From: Folioceros fuciformis
Taxonomy: Eukaryota
Assembly (NCBI GenBank): GCA_049999805.1
Contig: JBNGIO010006150.1
Coordinates: 155,055-175,054 of the forward strand
DNA: 20,000 bases
Reading direction: 5' to 3'
Of the stretch, positions 1 through 10,150 are shown piece after piece (the stretch's first letter is position 1; the number at the start of each line of letters is the position of its first letter). Below the pieces are notes generated by a model. That model saw nothing but the letters and a program-made list of their open reading frames with translations. It was not told the origin of the DNA and ran no database searches. The position numbers and the translations under genes are program-made.

Positions 1-368
1 AAACGACCCCCGGCCTGGTCGTCAGTCAAAAGTCCATAACCAAGTCCAAACCTACAACAAAGAGTTCGCTGTCGATGCGACGGGCCCTGTCCCCAAGTTT
101 GGCGCATCGCTCTGACGACTGCGCTCCAGCTCTAGTTGCCATCTGGTCAGTTCGGTGCCGCCTTGAAGCGCAAACTGGCAGTCTCATCTCTCAAACTGTT
201 CAAATGCGATATCGGTTCTAACACTGCGACTCCTACCCTGACATCTACGACGGCAGATTCGGAAGGCTGCACGCCTCCTAAACAGAAGTCTTCAATTGCA
301 TGCAGAACGAAGAGCACGCCTCAATACAAACTACAAGAGCACGGGACGACATAGTAACATGCGCTTAC

Positions 369-663
369 CAATACAACGGCAGTGGTCGCAGTGCGGACGT
401 AGAGAATCTCGCAATGCGCCTTCCTCAATAATTAGCAAGGAAATTCTGGAGCCGCTGGAATCCTCTGAAAGGCCTACTGACCACGCTGGCATGCCTTCGA
501 TGTTGTAGAGCTCCGGCTCTGCGCATTCCTCCAGAAATCTCCGAATGTTGTCCCTGAAGGGACCATAGTAATCGGCCGGACATCCTGGATCTCCAAAGGT
601 GTGAAAGCCAAACAACCTGTCTCCCCTCCTCCGCTTTCTGGTGCGATCAGCTGTCAAATACAT
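369..663 (-). CDS. First coding exon of a PHD-finger protein of the MALE STERILITY 1 / MALE MEIOCYTE DEATH 1 family; the gene continues beyond the left window edge
   Basis: The ATG at 663 has an in-frame TGA upstream (675-673). The translation MYLTADRTRKRRRGDRLFGFHTFGDPGCPADYYGPFRDNIRRFLEECAE...IEGMPAW...HCDHCRCIG matches the characteristic N-terminus of the MS1/MMD1 family (F-x-T-F-G-D-P-G-x-P, G-P-F-R-D-N-I-R-x-F-L, C-D-H-C-R-C-x-G). A phase-1 donor G|GTAAGC lies at 369/368. No matching downstream exon was found in 1-368. Confidence 0.85.
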
Positions 664-1710
664 GCTGTTGCTTCAACGCATGAAGTGCTGCACAGCTCCA
701 GACCTCAGCAATCGCCTGCCCCAAGGTTCGGACCCCTGTGCTGGCAAGGACGTGGTTGATTGAGGTGAAATTGCTTTGAACAAGTTCCACTGGAGGTTCA
801 GAGGATCAGGGAGCTCAACATTGTTCTTCCACTGAGCTGAATAGCCTTTTCTTGAAACCAAGAACCTGGAGTCATCACAGGTCCCCACGGACAGAAGAGA
901 GGTAGCACAGATCGGGACCGCTCAAGGCCATTTGTCTTCACAGCGGCGCACATGAGCATCAAGATGATGTGCCGACGAGTACCTGGTGCAGGATGGACAT
1001 AGCGGCAATGTGAAGGGGTTCCAGTTCGTAAGTTTGCGATTGCAGGCAACCACTTTGGCTGTTCTCAATGCACTCCACCTCTCTGACGTTCATTTTGCAT
1101 CCTCCCAGGACTTGTTCCGGGGGGAATTCCCGCACACAACCGCGAGCTGCCAGCGTGAATGCGACTTGTTCACAGCTCCACGAGCCTCCTTGAAAACGCG
1201 GCCTTCTCAAGATCTAATTGGCTGCGATTCCCGCAATCCTCCATGACCAGGCAAAGCTCAAGCGTGGAAGTCACTGGAAAACGCCGGAAAGAATGAAAAC
1301 CACCTCCTGACCTCTCCCAGCTCCCGACAAGGGCCCTCTTCGCTGGAGGAGCTGGCGGCCGCGGAGCGGTTGGTGTGCAGTGCTCGCGGGGAGACAAGGA
1401 TTTGCAAGGACATTCGGTGAGCCTCGTAGGAATCCTGTGGGAGAAAGAAGCTGAGGCAACAGGCAGGTGGGGGAGAACGCAAGGGCCCCCCGGGAGGCCG
1501 CAAGATCTGAGCGCGAAAATGACACCAGCACCCAAGACCGCACCCGCACGCACGCACAGCGACGGGAGGAGGGAAGTATGGAGCTCGAGCTCGGAGGGGC
1601 AGACACTTTGAAGTCTTGCAGATCACGGCAGTAGATCGTCGGTGAGCTTGCAAGACGGACGACGACGGAAGAAGCGCATCGTCGCTTGCTGCTGCTGCTC
1701 GCCAAACAGA

Positions 1711-1785
1711 AAGAGGGGCGAGGAGAGAGAGAGGGAGAGAGAGAAGCGGGAAGCGGGGAACAGGGGGAAAGGAAGGGTGCGGGTG
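1711..1785. repeat. Purine-rich (GA)n low-complexity tract, read as (CT)n on the minus strand; likely promoter or 5' UTR element of the MS1/MMD1-like gene
   Basis: The sequence aagaggggcgaggagagagagagggagagagagaagcggg is directly visible. CT-rich tracts are common near plant transcription starts, so the assignment is inference. Confidence 0.5.
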
Positions 1786-3353
1786 GCGAAACTGGCGAAA
1801 CTGTGCCCCCGTCCACACAGCAGATTGAACTGTGACAAGAAAATGGATGCAGTTGGGTACCGATTCGTGGGAGAGGGAGAAATGGTGATTGCATGTAGGT
1901 GTGTACGCAGACCGTTTCTGTCAAGCAACTGGAACAGGTGGTACATCTCAACGGTGACAGGTATTAGCACATTTGACCAGATGTGACTCTGACCTAACCG
2001 GACTTCACATTATGATCGATTAGGTGGGATGGTTCCTTCCGAAGTGACCAAGAAGGGATGGCCGGAAACATGGGAAAACACCCTCCTCCGTTTCTGCTGC
2101 ACCTGGTACCAACAGGAGGACCAGTATCACTTCTCGGTACATGTCTCGTCTCCTGCTGCAGCTAGTCTGTATCACATTTTTTCGTTTCAGCCTGCACATC
2201 ACATGGTCCGCCCAGTTCACTACATGTATGGAATACTCTCTTGTTCGTTGTCCCTCACTCAATCAATCAATTTGTTGCCCTGATTATTTACAAAGAACAA
2301 GGTGGCAATGCATACCTACTTGCTGGAGAATGCTTACCATTGCAGGAGACTACTTGGGCACCTCCTTCATTTCACAGCACAAGTCATGTCTGTGTATGTG
2401 CTTACCATTGCAGCAGACTGCTCTGAGGACGATCTCCATCTTTCATGGTACTTGCCATGTCTTTCTGCGGTCCTTGAATGTGCCTCTGCTGACTCCACTG
2501 GACTTTTGTAGGTTTCCAGTCCAAGGATGCTGCTCAGAGTGAGTGATGAGGTTTACCTTGCTTTGCCTTGTATTACTGGGACATTCCACCACAAGCATGT
2601 CTCGGAGAATTAGCATAGATTTGCTCATGTTCACCTGGCTGCAAGGGACGTAAGTTGCAGACGTTCTGGTCCTCGAGGTTGGGATTAACCGACTCTGGAT
2701 TTCCATGGTGGTGACGTGTTGGGCGGTCTCATGCCGTGGTAGGGACGACCCTCCTTGTTGCAGGGTCGTCTGCTGTGAGTGGGCTACATCTTGGAAAACG
2801 AGCGAGTGAGTGTGAGGAAGAAGCTGCTGCCGAATCGTGGGACCATGCAGCGTCGCTCGTTGATGGCCTGTTTAAGGATTTGTAGCAGAGTAGGATGTCC
2901 TTGAGCTCCAGCTCCCAGAGAAGGACGAGAATGAGAAGATGAATTCTCTAGACCAAGACGCCTGCCTTTCATGTTGAGGCCCTGGTGTCTGCCATGCACA
3001 TGTAGCTCGATGAGACACAAAAGCATCCATGACGATGCACTGTTTCTGATGCCGGAAAGCAAACTCGATAATTCATGAAACCTACCTACAGCGTGCGTGT
3101 CGATCCTACTTGCCTGGATGCCGGTTCCTTATTCTCGCAAATGCTTTCTCTGCGTCCGGTTTTACAAGCCAAATGCGGTCCGTAACAGGAGAGCTGGAGC
3201 TAATTCCATTCCTGCCAACATCGGCAGATCCGCTGGCGTGCGAAAGATGCTACGAGAAGGGAAGACGGTGTCCCCGAGGATGGGCAGTTTGGGGTGGAGG
3301 TGGATCAGCGCAGCGAGGCCCTGACCTGGCGAACTGGGACAGCCAAGGGGTGC

Positions 3354-5324
3354 ATGGCGCTACGACTGCAGCGCCCGCCAGACAGTTTGGTGTTTCACGA
3401 CCCAGGCAGCGTGGTGATCAACCGACAACGTGCACGGGTGGATGCTTTCAAGCCACACTCTGCGCTGTCCACGCTAGAGAGACTAGGGCACACCTGCAAG
3501 GTTCCAGCTTCTGCTGGAGGAACTGCAAAGTTGCTTGAAAGGGACGTGCATGTGGAAAGGCAGGAGACCTTGGACCTCTTGGTGCAGCAAGGAGGTGGTG
3601 ATGTTCACACGGGTGTGCTGTACCGGGTGCTCAAGAGGTGCATGGCACACAAGGATCTAGCTCTTGGTAGGCTTGTGCATGCTCTTGCAGTCAGGAGTGG
3701 GTACGAGTCGGATGCGTTCCTTGCTAATCACGTCATCGGCATGTATGCCTCTCACAATCTGCTGGAGGAGGCAAGGCAGGTCTTCTTCAAGGTGGCTGAG
3801 CCTAATGCGCACATGTGGTGTTCCATCATTCTGGCCCATGTTCGGCAGGGACAGGCCGGTGAGGCCATCCATCTGTACAGGCTTATGAGGAAGACGGACG
3901 TGAAGGCAGACAATCATGTGTATGTTGCAGTTCTGACCGCGTGTGCCAGTGCAGAGGATCTGGTTTCGGGCAAGGAGGTGCATGCTGACATTCTGGCCAG
4001 TGCCGTAAGGACGGACATCTTTGTTGGCAGCAGCTTGGTGAACATGTATGCGAAATGCGGAAGCTTGGGGGATGCCCGCAGCGTATTTGATTCACTGCCG
4101 ACGAGGACAGTGGTTATATGGAATGCCATGTTGGCTGGCTATACGCAGCAGGGGTTGGGTCAGGAATCCTTGGCTCTGTATGCACGCATGCAAGAGGAGG
4201 GCATGGCTCCAGCTGATCATGTCACGTTTGTGTGCCTCCTGAACGCGTGCGCCAGCGTGGGAGCACTGGGCAACGGGAAGCAGCTCCATGCTCAGGTGCG
4301 TGAACGAGGGTTGGAAGCTCATGTTTCTGTGGGCAGCAGCCTGGTGGACATGTATGCAAAATGCGGGAGCTTGGAGGATGCTCGTGCAGTGTTCGACAGG
4401 CTGCCTGTCAGAACAGTGGTGACATGGAATGCTCTGCTCAATGGGTATGCCGGGCACAGCTGTGCTGCCATGGCCATGGAGTGCTTCGAAGAAATGCGTG
4501 GGCAAGGGGTCCAGCCAGACGGCATAACCTTCATCCATCTCCTCGTGGCGTGCAGTCATGCAGGCTTGGTGGCAGAGGGCCAACGGTATTTCAGGATGAT
4601 GGTGGAGGAGCATGGCATTGTGCCCACAGACTACCACTGCACTTGCATGGTAGATTTTCTTGGGCGGTCAGGATTCCTGGACGAGGCTGAATCCATCCTT
4701 CACACCATCCCACATGACATGGTAGGTTGGACATCTCTTCTGAGTGCCTGCAAAACCCAGGGTGATGCAGGCCGTGCACGTCGATGTTTCGACCATATTG
4801 TGGCATTGGAGCCCGAAAAGGCCAGTGCCTACGTCCTCCTGGGCACCATGTATGCAAATGCTGGCAGGCAACTCGATGTGGTGGAGGTGGAAAGCCTGAG
4901 GAGGTCGGCGGGTGCTTGGAAGAAACCTGCAAAGGCATGCATCGAAGTGCAGAACAAGGTGCACGAGTTCAGGGTTGGAGAAGACAGATCCGACTTATCC
5001 TCCAAACTCAGGAGCGTGGCTACAAGGTTGAAGGAGGAAGGAGGCCATGTCCCTCAAACGGAGCTGGTGCTAAAATCCGTGACTGAGCAGGAGAAGGAGG
5101 ATGCCTTGTGTGGACATGCAGAGAAACTTGCCTTGGCTTATGGCCTTCTCAACACCCCACATGGCACAACTTTGCTTGTTACCAAAAATCTTCGAATGTG
5201 CGGTGACTGCCACAGTAGCACCAAGATCATGTCCCGCCTTGAAAGGAGAGAGATCATTGTCAGAGATGCACACCGGGTGCATCATTTCCTCGACGGATTT
5301 TGTTCATGTGGTGATCGTCACTGA
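3354..5324 (+). CDS. PLS-class pentatricopeptide repeat protein with E1, E2 and a DYW:KP (DRH-type) domain; candidate U-to-C organellar RNA editing factor
   Basis: Intronless ORF, 656 aa from the first in-frame ATG (3354); the frame is open from 3204. Eleven PPR motifs L-S-P-L-S-P-L-S-P2-L2-S2 span 3609-4718, followed by E1 (MVGWTSLLSACKTQG) and E2 (ASAYVLLGTMYANAG). Then come WKKPAKACIEV (KPAxA, 4923), HAEKLA (5115), CGDCH (5199) and the C-terminus CSCGDRH* (DRH and stop at 5313-5324). Confidence 0.95.
   Translation: MALRLQRPPDSLVFHDPGSVVINRQRARVDAFKPHSALSTLERLGHTCKVPASAGGTAKLLERDVHVERQETLDLLVQQGGGDVHTGVLYRVLKRCMAHKDLALGRLVHALAVRSGYESDAFLANHVIGMYASHNLLEEARQVFFKVAEPNAHMWCSIILAHVRQGQAGEAIHLYRLMRKTDVKADNHVYVAVLTACASAEDLVSGKEVHADILASAVRTDIFVGSSLVNMYAKCGSLGDARSVFDSLPTRTVVIWNAMLAGYTQQGLGQESLALYARMQEEGMAPADHVTFVCLLNACASVGALGNGKQLHAQVRERGLEAHVSVGSSLVDMYAKCGSLEDARAVFDRLPVRTVVTWNALLNGYAGHSCAAMAMECFEEMRGQGVQPDGITFIHLLVACSHAGLVAEGQRYFRMMVEEHGIVPTDYHCTCMVDFLGRSGFLDEAESILHTIPHDMVGWTSLLSACKTQGDAGRARRCFDHIVALEPEKASAYVLLGTMYANAGRQLDVVEVESLRRSAGAWKKPAKACIEVQNKVHEFRVGEDRSDLSSKLRSVATRLKEEGGHVPQTELVLKSVTEQEKEDALCGHAEKLALAYGLLNTPHGTTLLVTKNLRMCGDCHSSTKIMSRLERREIIVRDAHRVHHFLDGFCSCGDRH
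4014..4445 (+). repeat. Internal 306-bp-period similarity between successive S-P PPR units within the DYW gene
   Basis: DIFVGSSLVNMYAKCGSLGDARSVFDSLPTRTVVIWNAML (from 4014) aligns with HVSVGSSLVDMYAKCGSLEDARAVFDRLPVRTVVTWNALL (from 4320). The similarity is also visible at the nucleotide level. Confidence 0.75.
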
Positions 5325-5917
5325 CCCTCAATTTTCCTTCACCTCCTCCATCGCTGAGCCCTCATTCCCCCTCCCAGCTACCTGTCTCAGGTGGACCCAT
5401 TTTTTCCCCGGCTAAGTGCTGTCAATCCTCCGGGGGTATCATACGCTGCTTAACAAAACGGCTTTCAACACACTGTACCTATTCGAGAAGGATAACAGTC
5501 ATTTTATTAACACGACGAGGAATAAAATCAATTCTGTTTCAAATGAATTTCTGGATTCGAGTAAATGCGATTAGGGAAATTTGCATGCAACACTTCTAGA
5601 CACCCAACCCAAAGTTCACTGAGCTTGCACTTCGACCTTCTGGACCCTTACTCTCTCTTCGCGTTCGCGTATTCGAAGAGCGGCTTCACACCGCGGAGCA
5701 GGCGGTTTTGCTGTGCAGATAGTTTATTCACACCGTCGACATGCCTGGAGTAGTGGAGTTAAATAATGCGTCTGTTAGTCCTGGTTAATTTTACGAGTCG
5801 AGAACGGTAGGCAGCGATCCCGGCTGGATACACAGGCGCTCGGTCCGTCATCGTTTTTTTGAATGGGACCGTGTTGAGCAGAGGTGGAGTGCGCCCTTGC
5901 TTTACAGCCAGAGCACG

Positions 5918-8900
5918 ATGGAAGGAGGAAGTCCTGGCAACGAAGATCTCTGGCAAGAGCTGAGGAACCATATTGCCGTGCTAGCCGTCGTTGATCAGGT
6001 AGGACTGGAAAAGACCACGAGGACGAGCTCAAAAGTGTTGATTTGTGCATGGCATCTGTCGGCTTGGTTGCAATGAGCTTGTTTGACAGAGAATTAAGAT
6101 GTGAATGAACCAGTTTCTTTATCCAGGCTTCCAAGGCCCAAGCTTTGCAGTTGCTGTCAGTGTTCTTCTCGCGTGTCACAGCAAAAATTGCCGAGTCCGT
6201 AAACGGCTCCACTCAAGGATTAGAGACGCTGATGAGCCTGTGGACGGAAGATGTTCTGCTACTCCATGACTGGCTGCGTCGGGAGCTGGGAGAGCAGACG
6301 GAGTTCCTCGACTTGGTATGTTGTGAAGAAGATGCAGCTGGAGGGGACTCACTTGAGGTTCAAGTTGTCAGTGAGCTTAGGGTTCATGGTGCGGGGCTGC
6401 GGGTGTCGAATGCGAGTCTAACAGCAGGGACGTTGCGCTGTTGCATACGTATTCTTCCTCTGATTGAGTGCTTCGACACTGGTTTGAGTGCCGACTGTGC
6501 GCTGATACTGAAGACGCTTCTGCAGAAGCTGTGCTCACCTGCCAGGATTCGGGAAATTTTCCAACGTGCTCTGGGGAATGGAATAGTGCATGGGAAGCAC
6601 TCTCCGTATATTCGTTCCTTGCTGTATTCGGAGAATATCAGTGTTTTTGAGAGCCGGGATGGACGGGAGGATGTGTGGTGCCGACAAAGGAGCTGGCAAG
6701 AGTGTTCTTCGTTTCAGGAGGTCAAGATCAACTGTCACGCGTTTGACGTCAATGGGGATTGCGGCCAAAGCGCGGGGAATTTAGAGCTCTTGAACCGTTT
6801 GGACAATCAGTTGGATGTCATATGTGCCATGCTTGAGGTCGGTGTCGTTTCCCACTGCTTTTTTCCCGTAGGATTACTACGCTGGCTGCGTTCCTTTCTG
6901 CTAGAGGTTGTAAATGTCCACTGAGGTCTGCTGTTTCGTCTTTCAGGTGTACATGGATGAACTACTAGTAAGTCCTTACTTATTTGAGGTCTTTCTTGAA
7001 GGCCAAGGCGATGAAGGAAGCGGTGGATATGCTTTTGGCAGCCAGATGGAAATAGTGCTTGAAGCGTCTTACCTCCATGCCCTTCTGTCATTTCTTCGGA
7101 AGAAGGTTGAACCAGGTGGCGCATCTCTGTCAAATGAAGATGACAAGCTCACTCGACTTACTTGTGTGACATTACCTGCTAGTGTTCTATTGTTGGACAT
7201 GGTATCTGCGGATGGAGCTCCCAGTTTGCTTCTTACACACATTGCAAACCTTGTGACTGGATCACTACAAAGATTGCATCCGCATGGCAGTCCTGTCTCA
7301 AGGTCTGATCAGCTGAGAGACAAGCCTGTAAATATCACGGAAACCAAAACGCAGGGGTTGGTTGGTTCCAATGAGTTATTTCAGTTCATGCATGTTGCTG
7401 ATCCAGTTAGGGGATCATTGTCGGGTGAAGACACTGATGGCTCATGCAAGCAGAGAAGATTTGGAGACATCTTATCTCCCCGCGTAAACTTGGGACTGTC
7501 TTTGTCAGTCCTCGAAACTGCTGTTCAGTTGTTTACTAAGGTCTTCAATTCAGCATCAGTGGCAAGTCCAACGGATTGCCGCAACACTGATATCCACCCA
7601 GGGCCCAGTAGTTTCTTTGCTGCCCGCTTGCACGAGCACATGGCTTTGGGAAGGTTCTTGAGTACCAATGTAGGTGTGGCAGTCGATCGCGTGTTTTCAA
7701 GTTCTGTTGGTATTTTTACAGACGCTAAAGAGTGTGACAGCGGATGCTGTTGGGGAGAGTGTTCTGCGTCCAGTATAGAGAAGACTTCTCAGCTGTGCAG
7801 CTTGTGTCGAGATCACTCACGGGAGAACCAACATCAAGAAGCTAATATGTGCTGCAGATTGACAGAATTGCGTGACGGTGGTAAGCAACAAGAGTATGAC
7901 GCTGTGGCTAGTCAGGACTTAGGCGAAGGTGTCATGCATTCGGATGGCCAGGAAACCTTGAAAAACTCAGAGGAGTTGGCCTGTGCTGTCCTGCGTTTGA
8001 TCAGCGGTGCTCTGAATCGGATATCAGCCGAGATGTGTGAGGTCAAGCAAGTCTCCGTAACAAGAAGCCAACCGGATGTGGAAGTTTTAGTGGAGATTCG
8101 CAGCATCTCCGATTGCATCTCGTCAGTCTTTCAGCGTTGTATTCAATGTCTGAAAGTAGATGATCTAGCAGGACAAGAATGTATTGCGGGCACGTGGGAA
8201 GAAACCAAATCACTGCAGTTCAAGGAAACAATCCAGTGCACTTTGAATGTTTTTTCTAAGATCATCCAGATAGAGACTCAACGAGGGGTTGGTGGTCAAT
8301 TATTGATGGAGTACATACATGTACAGAGGTCCTTGGGAGATCTGTTACGTGGGGAAGTTGGTGAACTTAGAGAAAACCATTCTTCTCAAACTGAAGCTGC
8401 CGACAAATTCTGCAGGGATGGCTGCTCACCCATATCAACCACAGCAGACACCGAAACTACGGGAAGCGTTCCATTGGCATCAGTGTTCCCTAGGGCATCG
8501 ACTCTGAAGATTTTTATGAAACTGAAGCAAGGAGTAAATCATAGCTCTTCAAAGCCAGGACAAAGTGGCAGGTTTGCCTCTAGCATACCCCGCTTCCGCC
8601 ACGGAATTTCCTGGATCTGGATTTGTGAGCTGTCATATCTTTAACGTTGATGTTTTCGCCTTGCGCAGCACATACTCAAATAAGAAGAGAGCTCCGGAAG
8701 GCAGCACTTTGGGTAGCGGCGAGGGGGCACCTGCCAAGCAGTTGAAAGAGTGCAAGGGGGTGGGAAATTCTTTTGTTCAGGCTTGCATTGCAATGGATAA
8801 GTTCTGCGATGGAGATACTTTTAATGATATAAACGACTTCGTAGTTTGTAAGGAGGGCCGTGACTATGTTAAATATAAGAAACAACGGCAAAAGATTATG

Positions 8901-8993
8901 AAACGCAACCGAACTCGCAACTTTATGAGACGGCAAGAAGAAAGGAGGGAGCTACTTGCACAGTTGGCCCTTATCTCTGAAATGGAACAGTAG
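5918..8993 (+). CDS. Uncharacterised protein of about 913 aa, 4 exons: join(5918..5998,6127..6837,6947..8571,8669..8993)
   Basis: Three long ORFs and a short first exon are joined in frame by GT..AG introns of 128, 109 and 97 nt, giving 2742 nt (914 codons including the stop). The C-terminus is basic (DINDFVVCKEGRDYVKYKKQRQKIMKRNRTRNFMRR). No domain was recognised with confidence, and the first exon is the least certain part. Confidence 0.75.
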
Positions 8994-9136
8994 TAGTTGG
9001 ATGCACAATGACGGGCTGGGAATCAGAGCAGAAATCTTCTGGGCGTAAAATTTTCTTTGCACCAAGCGGGCAGTTTGTGTATCCACTCCTGTAGGTGATC
9101 CCATGTTTTTGATGCCCATGTTCTGCTCGAACCAAG

Positions 9137-10150
9137 CTAGAGCTCAAGCCTTTCAGCATATAAGGTTAGCCCCATTTTCAGTGAGTCCAGGCTAAACCCA
9201 CCTGCAACTTGCACACTGATCACTCCAAGCTCCGAGATCTGCAAGTCAAACAAAAGTCTTAAGGCAAAGGCCCATCTGGACATGTTTCGTCATGATTTGG
9301 CCATCAAATCTGTGAGGGAGACTTAATGTAACTGCGTGCTTAGTGCAGACAGACTCATGGGGCCACTTACTTCCTGGATGTTTTTCTGCTCGTCATCGAA
9401 GAAAAGGAAAGAGTTGAGTGGGAGCTTGGTCTTCTCAGAGATGGCCATGAAGTGTTCGAGCTTCGAAGGTGCGGGGAACATCTCCTGCTCCATGACCACT
9501 GATGTTAGGATAAAGAACATGGTTCGCAAATAAATTTGTCAGAATTACGGTTTCAGTTTCCAGCCGAGAACAACATCAAGGTCTTGCATGAACCACCACA
9601 CCTTCACTACAAAATGGTGACTTATGTTGAGCTTGCTGAGGAAAGCACTGGCAGTTTCTGGTGTTGGAGTTCGAGATGCGACTGCTAGGGGTATGTTGCT
9701 AGCTGTAAGTGCATGGAGAAGGCAGGGTACCTGTGGGAACAGAACTGGATTATAGTCCAGACTCCGAAACTGACTGTCGGATCCAACAGGCCACATCAGT
9801 AACAAGACACATGACCAACCAAGCCTCAAGTGTCGCAAATGCACATACCAATAGAAGGGCCAGACAGTGTGATCCAGATCCAACACTACAAGGGATGGAA
9901 GGACTGCTGCCTGATGAAGAACCTCCGCAGCCCTTTCGATGCACCTTGCTCCTTCAATTGCAGCCAAAGCCTCCCAAGGACCATTAAGACGAGAAGACGG
10001 TTCCACACACTGGGCTACGACGTGCTTTGGACGAAGAAAGCGCAGCCTGCGTATATCAGCTCTGTGCCATCTGCTGGCTGCAAATGGAAGCCTTGTCGCA
10101 TCCAACGAATTATGCAATACGGAGGCCGGTACTGGCAAAGGGCTGGCCAT
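9137..10150 (-). CDS. MDP1: Magnesium-dependent phosphatase 1 (HAD-superfamily) homolog, 4 exons: complement(join(9137..9238,9371..9484,9602..9773,9849..10150)); alternative start at 10186
   Basis: HAD motif I LVVLDLDHTVWPFYC, motif II LAVASRTPTP, motif III K in SKLEHF, motif IV FLFFDDEQKNI, and the final exon ISELGVISVQVAGGFSLDSLKMGL. All junctions are GT..AG and in frame, giving 229 aa from ATG 10150. Confidence 0.88.

Noticed and set aside
1-368. Candidate second exons for the MS1/MMD1-like gene (minus-strand AG acceptors near 278 and 52)
   Set aside because: Both run into stop codons in the required phase and lack the expected GW...HFII continuation, so the region is treated as intron.
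1170-1986. Several overlapping 110-226 aa ORFs on both strands
   Set aside because: They are low-complexity translations of GC- and GA-rich sequence, mostly with non-ATG starts and no recognisable motifs.
3657-5415. Antisense and alternate-frame ORFs over the PPR gene
   Set aside because: They are shadow ORFs of a GC-rich coding region.
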